DNA of 64,000 nt, taken from NCBI GenBank assembly GCA_963828195.1, contig CAWHDT010000005.1, positions 640,001 to 704,000 of the forward strand, in the 5' to 3' direction. Position numbers and translations under genes: made by a program. This DNA is from Candidatus Bathyarchaeota archaeon. Its GTDB lineage: Archaea; Thermoproteota; Bathyarchaeia; Bathyarchaeales; Bathycorpusculaceae. A model generated the notes under the pieces. It was not told the origin of the DNA and did not search any database. It saw nothing but the letters and a program-made list of their open reading frames with translations. Positions 29,288 to 36,093 of this stretch are shown here, one piece after another (the first letter of the stretch is position 1; each line of letters begins with the position of its first letter).

Positions 29288-30621
29288 TGGAGAACACCTT
29301 TAGCGTAATCATCGTACTTTACTGCTGGACACATGAAATGATAGATAACAGTCATTGGCGCAGTAGAATACTTCTTTGTAGAAAGACGGGTTTCTATTGG
29401 ACAGCATTTTAAGAAGACTTGTTGGGGTGCTGACATGTGATTAACACATAGATATAGCTGTAAGCCTTTGTTGTCTTCTGGTCTAAGAATCTTAGCGATT
29501 TCAAGGGCAAAGGGATATTCTACGTGTGATAGGTCTTTACAATCTTTATGTTCTTCCATTGATACCCTACAATCATAAGCCACTCCAATATTGAGCGAAT
29601 ACCCGTTATCGCATAATGTCCAGCCATTCTTCTCGCATCGTTTTTCAAATGCTTCTTTACCAACGATACCCAACACTGATTTAACAGTGCGTGAGTCCTC
29701 AATGGGTTTAGTTAACACTTTCATATTTGCATAGAGTTTTTCTATTCCTTCTTTGGATACTTTTGTTAGTAAGGTGTCTGCACCGTTTTTATAAAGTGAG
29801 TCTTGTAAGAAGGGATAGGTAATTTCATGACTTTGAAAACCCCTGAACATTGATGTTATGAACCTTTTAAGGGTTAAATCTGGACATGAAGCTGCATAAT
29901 CCAAAAATAACTCTGTAAACTCTTCGAGCTTGTACCAGAGAGCACTCGTTTCTTGTATTGGGTCTTTTCCGTCTGTAATTCTGTCGTAGACCGTTTCTTT
30001 ACCCATAAACTCATAGGTAATCTTTTTTGTTGGATTAACTAAGGCTGTAGCTTCAATGCTTCTCTCTATTTCCTTAGTGTCTAAATAATTTTGAACTGGA
30101 AACTTTACGGATATTACCGTTCCCCTGTCTATCCTTTTTGAAATTTGGATACTCGGGGGATTCATTCTTACATTGTCATGTGATAACGTTATAGTAAACT
30201 TGGAAGCTCCCGATTCTATGATGATAGACGGTATAGGCAGATTCTTAAGTTCAGCCGATATGTAGGAAAACCCAAAGATGCACTTTAATGCGTTACCTAT
30301 TCGACCTCTGCTAAGGCGCATTAATCCCCTGTTGGAGCTTGCTTTGTTATCAAAATCAAATATTTGGTCTATGACCTTTGGGGTTAACTTTGTTTCCCCA
30401 TCATTGGTTACGGTTACGGTATAGAAGTCTTTATCGCTGGTAATTGATACTCTTACTTTAACGGAGCCTTTTACATCTAAACCGTTAGCTAACATTTCCC
30501 TTACAGCAAAGTTTATCGCATGGTCTAAATCTGTTCCCGTTCTCAATCGTAGCTGTTCAGGTTCTATAAAATCTAAACTTCTCGGCAGACCCTTACGGAC
30601 TTCATTTATTAAAGATGTCAT
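29284..30621 (-). CDS. Type IIB topoisomerase B-subunit-like GHKL ATPase (Topo VIII-like)
   Basis: REMLANGLD (N box), VTNDG, SRGRIGNALK, GTVISV; C-terminal PFALE and DYAKG resemble the transducer; ATGA-coupled to the A-like gene. Start reassigned to MTSLINE. Confidence 0.75.
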   Translation of the reverse strand: MTSLINEVRKGLPRSLDFIEPEQLRLRTGTDLDHAINFAVREMLANGLDVKGSVKVRVSITSDKDFYTVTVTNDGETKLTPKVIDQIFDFDNKASSNRGLMRLSRGRIGNALKCIFGFSYISAELKNLPIPSIIIESGASKFTITLSHDNVRMNPPSIQISKRIDRGTVISVKFPVQNYLDTKEIERSIEATALVNPTKKITYEFMGKETVYDRITDGKDPIQETSALWYKLEEFTELFLDYAASCPDLTLKRFITSMFRGFQSHEITYPFLQDSLYKNGADTLLTKVSKEGIEKLYANMKVLTKPIEDSRTVKSVLGIVGKEAFEKRCEKNGWTLCDNGYSLNIGVAYDCRVSMEEHKDCKDLSHVEYPFALEIAKILRPEDNKGLQLYLCVNHMSAPQQVFLKCCPIETRLSTKKYSTAPMTVIYHFMCPAVKYDDYAKGVLQ

Positions 30622-30626
30622 GCTTC

Positions 30627-30773
30627 TCACGATTTGTTTTCTTCGATTGTTGGGTTTAGCACTCTGCCACATTCTTGGCATAGATACCTCTGGATTTTAC
30701 CCTTACGTGTAGTTCTGAATCCGAGCTTCACGATATGGGTACTTCCACAGATACATTTAGCTGGTTTACTCAT
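30627..30773 (-). CDS. IS1 InsA-like zinc ribbon, 48 aa (copy 2; not in ORF track)
   Basis: MSKPAKCICGSTHIVKLGFRTTRKGKIQRYLCQECGRVLNPTIEENKS; paralog of 27515-27640. Confidence 0.75.
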   Translation of the reverse strand: MSKPAKCICGSTHIVKLGFRTTRKGKIQRYLCQECGRVLNPTIEENKS

Positions 30774-30914
30774 TCTTCGTACTCTTCTACACTATAAATA
30801 GGTATATCTATAGATATAAGGATTATGGGTAATTAAGATATAATATATGGTCAAAGTGGTTCAAAATGAAATTCCCTATTATGCTTTAGTTCATGCTGTC
30901 AGCACCTTAACCTC

Positions 30915-30986
30915 TTCCCCTTTTTTGTATTTATTATACCTCTAAAAGATGTAGACCAGCCACTACAAAAAAGGGAACTTTCCCAT
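30915..30986. repeat. Palindromic unit E2
   Basis: Perfect 12-bp IR CCCTTTTTTGTA (30918-30929) / TACAAAAAAGGG (30964-30975), followed by AACTTTCCCAT. Confidence 0.8.
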
Positions 30987-31386
30987 TAGATTGGAAACAC
31001 CTGAAACACCTTACTTCTACAGGTAAACAAGCTAATCCAATAAGACATTAATTATCTATTAGTTTTTTAATTCTAACAGACAGAGAAACTCTATATCTAA
31101 TAATTTACTAAATTAAGAGACATAGAAACACCTTACTGGATGTTTATTGTCCAGCTATCTTACTACAGGTTGAGGTCGTTATTAGTTCTTAATATCCTGA
31201 AGCCTTGATGAAGGGGAACTAACCATTTAGCCACTTTATAACCGAAGTAACCTTACTGGTTCGGATAGACTTTTTTCCAATGCGATTCACCAATAAATAA
31301 ACAGCTAACGCATTGGGAGAATTAGCTGCCTACCTACTGATTACTAACCACTTTCTCGGGGAGCATAAAAAGTTTTATGGTCTTTG

Positions 31387-31464
31387 CCCTTTCTGCATTT
31401 TCTACGCTAAAAACATCTACATCGTAAACTTGATTGCCTAAGCAAAAAAGGGGAACTTACCCAT
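31387..31464. repeat. Palindromic unit E3
   Basis: CCCTTTCTGCATTTT...TAAAAACATCTACATC...GCAAAAAAGGGGAACTTACCCAT; aligns with E1 and E2. Confidence 0.75.
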
Positions 31465-31893
31465 CTGATAATAAAGTGAGGTAGTTGTTTAATTTTATAT
31501 TTTTTATAGTGTGCAGTATTCCTTACTGCACTTGGCGTTTCAAGCATTAATGAAGCATATTTCTAAGTTCTCCGTGCTGACTCTTGATACTCCTAAATGC
31601 TAAGAGATTGAGTATTAGAATTAGATTAGATGTTTATTGATGCCTGAGTGGTGGCATGGAGAACCATAGTAAAAGACCATGCTTGGAGACTAATAGAAAG
31701 ACCGTACCCACAATAAGAGGAATGTTAGCCTTAGAAACTTGATAGTTTAACGTTAAAAACTGTACTTGTTTCTTTAATGTATTAGAGCAATAGCGGAGTG
31801 TAAACGAGCTGGCGCATAGCCCTATTGCATAGTACAATTACTAAAAGCATGGGAAAATAATGATTGTCGGTAACAGTTTAGTTACTTGAAAGG

Positions 31894-33042
31894 TTACTCT
31901 TCTTTCAGTATATCGTCTGCTTGTTTGTCTCTCTCTTCTTGGTCATGAATTATCTCTTCCAGTGTGTAATCTTTAGCTAACAATCCACGTTCTTTGAAAG
32001 CTGAGAGCAGAGAATTAAAAGCATATTTTAGAGTAGATACTTCATTCTGTAAATCATCAAGTTTCTTAACCTGTTCCTTATTGACACCAGAAGTACCTTT
32101 GAAGTCTATGTTTAAGTAATCATTGTAAACAGTAGGGTACTTTTCTTCTATCTCACTCTGTAGGGTTTGAAGATAGGTAGAGTCTGAGATGTTAATTGAC
32201 TTACCCATTAGATACTTTATTTGAAACTCGTTAAAGCCACATCTTGATAGACGAGACATTAGCCATTTCCGTATATTGTGGAATCTCAAGCTCCCTGTAG
32301 TCTTTAGACCTGACTGCATCGCTAAACGGTAAAGCATCTTTTGAACTCCATCTTGGGTTATCGGGAACAGCCTTGAATCATTGTCTTTTCTAATGGCTAA
32401 GTATTTTGTCAGCCACTCGATAGCTAAGGGATTAAGAACACAAAAACGTGCTACTCCTGTCTTCTGCCGTGTATTGGCAAAGAAGATAAACTTCTCACTG
32501 TTTTGGGTAGCATGAGCTAATCTTTTTGTTATTACTTCTTTGTCTTGTTCTAAGAACGCTGATATTTCCCAACCTTCACTAACTGCAGTTGCTAAGAGAG
32601 CTTTCTCAAAAGTATCTCCTACCTCGAAAAGTAGCTTTAAGTCACCATTAGTAAAAACATGGCTGTTGTTATCAGCCTCTAAATTGAGTAGTTGTCCTTT
32701 TCTAAAAGTGACTACCTTATCAATCGTTAAGAGATAAGAACGCATGGCTGTAATTATGCTTAAGATTCCATTGTTCTTGAATCCCTTTTTTGTTTGCTCT
32801 CCTTGAAAAGTCAAAAAGAGCTTTTTGATTTCTTTACTATCCATCTCTTTTAAATTGGCTATAGAGACATTGGTTGCTTGTAGAAACCTTACTAATCTGC
32901 TTGCATATTGATGTCTTGTACTCTTTTTGTTAAACTCACTCAGCCATGACTCTATCGAAGGGTCACTATTCAAGATTTTTAGCTGTTCATCCGTAAAGTT
33001 AGACCAATCACTGTCTAAAACTCTATCTTTAAATTCTGACAT
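31894..33042 (-). CDS. Tyrosine recombinase/integrase
   Basis: STRHQY N-domain, RQKTG (catalytic K), FHNIRK (HxxR), YLMGK and DSTYL (catalytic Y); C-terminal coiled coil. Confidence 0.9.
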   Translation of the reverse strand: MSEFKDRVLDSDWSNFTDEQLKILNSDPSIESWLSEFNKKSTRHQYASRLVRFLQATNVSIANLKEMDSKEIKKLFLTFQGEQTKKGFKNNGILSIITAMRSYLLTIDKVVTFRKGQLLNLEADNNSHVFTNGDLKLLFEVGDTFEKALLATAVSEGWEISAFLEQDKEVITKRLAHATQNSEKFIFFANTRQKTGVARFCVLNPLAIEWLTKYLAIRKDNDSRLFPITQDGVQKMLYRLAMQSGLKTTGSLRFHNIRKWLMSRLSRCGFNEFQIKYLMGKSINISDSTYLQTLQSEIEEKYPTVYNDYLNIDFKGTSGVNKEQVKKLDDLQNEVSTLKYAFNSLLSAFKERGLLAKDYTLEEIIHDQEERDKQADDILKEE

Positions 33043-33052
33043 TTCTCAGACT

Positions 33053-33123
33053 CTCAGTATTAGTATAATGGCAGACCGATTAATAAAGTTAGCGAGATTC
33101 TAATACTGATTATCTCAGTACTG
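33053..33123. promoter_or_regulatory. Inverted-repeat operator upstream of integrase
   Basis: TCAGTATTAG (33054-33063) / CTAATACTGA (33100-33109) is a perfect 10-bp IR around a TATA-like sequence; third half-site CTCAGTA at 33114. Confidence 0.6.
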
Positions 33124-33248
33124 TATAATTTAAGAGTTTTCATGAGCAACCAACGTTTTCTAAATTTCTAAGGCTATTCAAAACGCAAACGGGGGGAACA
33201 TCAAAAACCAGCTTCCGAAGGGAAATATCCTTTGAAAAGTCTAAGCCG

Positions 33249-33953
33249 CTATTTTTCTACTTTGATTATATGCGGGATTTTACCTGCAGTGCCAACCTGA
33301 CCTTTGTAGATAATTAACACCCCTTCAACCCCTTCAATCGATAACCCCCTATTGATTCCTGCTTTTATCGCGGCTTCCACATTTTCGCCTTTAACAACGT
33401 TCCCCACGGCTGTCGCAGCTGCATCAGCAAGTGAGGCGTTTTTGCAGAAAACCGTTGCAGCTTCTGCGTCACCGAAACTTAGCGCGTGGCTGAAGCGTCC
33501 AGAACTGGTGGCGACTCCGATTGGGAACTCTGTTAGCCGAAAGCCGAAGCGTTTCGACAGGGGTTCTTCTCCGGCGGCAACTGCGACATCTACAGGCATG
33601 TTGGATTGCGCTGAGATTTCTCCGCCGTCCTCAACCACAGCCACCTCACAGCCCACGTCTTCCATATCGCCCACCGCTAAGTCCGCTATGACTCCAGCGA
33701 CAGCTGCCATAGGTCCGACGCCCACTTTTTGTGCAGCTAAAGCCATCAATTTCGCCACAAGCGGCTTTTCCGGCGGAGGGATCGGTTTAAGGGTGTACAA
33801 GAATTTGGGGTTTGCTCTGACATAGATTTCGAGTTCTTGCCTGTTGCGTTTGATTGATTCTTTTGCGGTTTCAATTGCTTGTTTTTTGTCAGAAATTATT
33901 GTGCATTGGGTTTCTTTCAGGGTGAAGTTTTCTTTGAAAAGGTTTCTAGTCAA
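33249..33953 (-). CDS. UPF0280 (ApbE-superfamily) protein
   Basis: VGPMAAVAG, EDGGEI, ATSSG...SFGDA, ADAAAT. Confidence 0.88.
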   Translation of the reverse strand: MTRNLFKENFTLKETQCTIISDKKQAIETAKESIKRNRQELEIYVRANPKFLYTLKPIPPPEKPLVAKLMALAAQKVGVGPMAAVAGVIADLAVGDMEDVGCEVAVVEDGGEISAQSNMPVDVAVAAGEEPLSKRFGFRLTEFPIGVATSSGRFSHALSFGDAEAATVFCKNASLADAAATAVGNVVKGENVEAAIKAGINRGLSIEGVEGVLIIYKGQVGTAGKIPHIIKVEK

Positions 33954-34384
33954 CGTTTATTTTTTCCTTTGGTTGCTGATTGCTCATTGTTTTGCTTAAC
34001 GGATTTTATTGCTCTGGCTGGGCACGCGTCAACGCAGATGCTGCAGGTGCTGCCGACACATTTTTCCCTATCAAAACTCACTGACGAATCCTTATCCACG
34101 CTTATTGCTTCTACGGGGCAAAGTGCCACGCAGCTTCCGCAGCTGAAACATTTTTCTGAGTCAACTTCGATTAGCTTGGGCACTATGACTGAGATGCCTC
34201 TTTCTCTGAAAGCTTTTATTATTTTTTCCTGCTGTGCATCTGGGATTTCGACGAGTATTTCGCCGCCCTTAGAGTTTACTTGCGCAGACAAAATAACCAT
34301 AGGCACCTTGTACTCTATGATTATTTGCGAAGCTATCGGCTGCGGAACTTGTTCTTCGGTGAATCTTAAAAGAAGTCTTACCAT
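33950..34384 (-). CDS. NIL-domain 4Fe-4S ferredoxin (MA1822-like)
   Basis: NIL N-domain plus CxxCxxCxxxCP motifs; adjacent to the DUF39-CBS gene. Confidence 0.85.
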   Translation of the reverse strand: MVRLLLRFTEEQVPQPIASQIIIEYKVPMVILSAQVNSKGGEILVEIPDAQQEKIIKAFRERGISVIVPKLIEVDSEKCFSCGSCVALCPVEAISVDKDSSVSFDREKCVGSTCSICVDACPARAIKSVKQNNEQSATKGKNKR

Positions 34385-34387
34385 GCT

Positions 34388-35890
34388 TTACCGCCCTAAC
34401 AGTTTAGACACATCTTCAGAAGTGACTATTCCAAGAACTTTCTTTTCTATATCAATCACTGGCAGCGCCGAAATGTTGTGCTGAGCCATCCGTCTTGAAG
34501 CGATCTCAAGCGGCTCATCAGGTTTAGCAGTCACAACGTTATGCGTTTCGATGTCCGCTAACGCTTTTTTGCCTTCAGCCATAGCCCGAGTGACATCCCA
34601 AGACGTAACTATCCCCAGCAGCTTGCCAGCGTCGTCAACGACGACAATGTGGTTTACTGATTTGGTGACGATTCGCTCGGCAATGGCGCGTATTTCTTCG
34701 TTTTCGGTGCATGTGACGGCTGGATGCATAACATTCATGACGAACGGGATTTCCTCTGTTTGCCGCATAGGCTTAAAAACGCTGTCTGTGGGCAACCGCT
34801 CAACAGGCGAGGTTAAATAAAACGAGCCTTCCTCAATCCACGATTTTAATGTCTGGGAAACCTTCTTAGCCATCTTTATGCTGGATAAGCTGCTGACCCT
34901 GACTTTCTTGTCATTAATCGTTATTGAGCCGGATTTCAACTCTTTATAGCTCACTTGCCTCAGCTTCGGGCGGTCTCTACGCGGCACGCTGTAATCAACC
35001 ACATCGGTCATGATTTCGCTGTCCCGAATCGCTGTCTTCTTTGCTAAACCCTCATTCAAAATAGGAATAGGAATGCCTAAGCCTACATACATTGAGGTGC
35101 CATAACCCGTGAAGGCAGCGCCCTGCAGGAATTCAGGCGACATCTTCTTGGCGTCGCCTTTCACCATCAAGGTGCCGTTTAGGTTTTTGGGGCTATGCTG
35201 CGTTCCCTCGCCAATAACGTAGCCCTGTGCGCCCCCAAGAAAAATTCTGGAGCCCATGCCGATGGTTTCGTAGTCAGGGTCGTTCATAAGCGGGTTTAAT
35301 TCGCCTGCGCCAGAGAACGTGGCGTTACGCAGTCTGGGCAAGAGCTTGCTCATGTAAGTGTAAATAGTTTCGTCGCTTGTGTTTACTGCGCAGTTGTAGC
35401 GTTGGTAGCAGTTGCGGAAGTTAATTAGGTAAAACTGGTTTAAATCGTCTTTTGTCAATGAGGTTTTAAGCTGAGTTCTCGGGTAACAATCGGTTCCATA
35501 TGCTTCAGCGCGAAGCTCAACCTCTTTGCCCGCCACGAGATCTTGAATAACGTGTCCGCCGCCGTATTCGAAAGGCTGCTTCTCAGACATGTTAGTTGCT
35601 CCTATAAACAGGTCTACTGCCGCACCTGGATGGCAAACTTGAACATCATTCAGCCATGCATGGTCAATCTTTATCGGCGGATCAGAGTGCCCCAAGTTAA
35701 CCACTGCGCCAGATGAGCACATAGCGCCGAAAGTTCCTGTTGTAACCACATCAACTTCTTTAAAGGCAACTTCAACGCCGCTGCTTTCCACAAGTTTTTT
35801 CATTTCTTCAGCGGTTAAAACCTGAACATCGCCCTTGCGAATTTTTTCGTTAATCTCTTCTAAACTGCGGGTTTTAGTCGTTTTAGACAA
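34388..35890 (-). CDS. DUF39-CBS homocysteine synthesis protein (aspartate-semialdehyde sulfurtransferase, MA1821/MJ0100-like)
   Basis: EINEKI, VDVVTTGTFGAMCSSG, YGGGHVI, GTDCYPR, NDP; C-terminal CBS pair. Confidence 0.9.
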   Translation of the reverse strand: MSKTTKTRSLEEINEKIRKGDVQVLTAEEMKKLVESSGVEVAFKEVDVVTTGTFGAMCSSGAVVNLGHSDPPIKIDHAWLNDVQVCHPGAAVDLFIGATNMSEKQPFEYGGGHVIQDLVAGKEVELRAEAYGTDCYPRTQLKTSLTKDDLNQFYLINFRNCYQRYNCAVNTSDETIYTYMSKLLPRLRNATFSGAGELNPLMNDPDYETIGMGSRIFLGGAQGYVIGEGTQHSPKNLNGTLMVKGDAKKMSPEFLQGAAFTGYGTSMYVGLGIPIPILNEGLAKKTAIRDSEIMTDVVDYSVPRRDRPKLRQVSYKELKSGSITINDKKVRVSSLSSIKMAKKVSQTLKSWIEEGSFYLTSPVERLPTDSVFKPMRQTEEIPFVMNVMHPAVTCTENEEIRAIAERIVTKSVNHIVVVDDAGKLLGIVTSWDVTRAMAEGKKALADIETHNVVTAKPDEPLEIASRRMAQHNISALPVIDIEKKVLGIVTSEDVSKLLGR

Positions 35891-36093
35891 TTAGCCTTAC
35901 CTTAATGCCAATCGAAAAGGCAGCGCACGTTAATATTTTTTGCGCAAACAACCGTGAAACCTCGGCACGTTAGCAATTAAGACTTTCATTGTTTTCTATC
36001 ATAGATTCTAGCCGATGCTTTAAGAACTCACAGGTTAAACGGTTCAAAATTAAACCCCCTTTTGCTTTTCCAGACCTTTGCGGTTTAGGTGAA

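Larger units (their letters stand above)
30900..31890 (-). ncRNA. Candidate structured non-coding region/array downstream of integrase (strand inferred)
   Basis: No credible ORF over ~1 kb; GGGAACT..CCAT at 30973, 31214, 31451; CCTTACT at 31009, 31131, 31251, 31521; many stems and an H-type pseudoknot. Confidence 0.45.
23300..33150. mobile_element. Integrated low-GC element (integrase + type IIB topoisomerase-like pair + terminase large subunit); boundaries approximate
   Basis: Visible compositional shift to AT-rich; integrase at the right end; nearly all genes on the minus strand; flanked by housekeeping ftr and UPF0280; no att direct repeat identified by eye. Confidence 0.85.

Noticed and set aside
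30622-30681. ORF-track N-terminal extensions MPRMWQ... and MWQNN... (27516-27548)
   Set aside because: They are alternate frames of the two InsA-like Zn-ribbon genes.
27515-30773. IS1 insertion sequence
   Set aside because: InsA-like ribbons only; no InsB/DDE transposase or IS terminal repeats.
31452-31468. GGAACTTACCC resembles antisense to a conserved 23S rRNA segment (from memory) and is followed by ATCTGA, like a C/D guide
   Set aside because: Only 11 nt, not conserved in the other units, and no convincing box C partner; likely chance.
31634-31837. 67-aa ORF in the non-coding region, and MGKFPF micro-ORFs in E2/E3
   Set aside because: No motif or coupling; frames are not conserved between units and the peptides are only 7-8 aa.
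30900-31890. CRISPR or TIGR-type array interpretation
   Set aside because: No identical 24-48-bp repeats with regular spacers, no consistent short-period box C/D pattern, and no cas or Nop-domain gene recognised in the window.
33184-33202. GCAAACGGGGGGAACAT as a fourth E half-site or att
   Set aside because: Weak similarity, no left arm and no counterpart at the left end.
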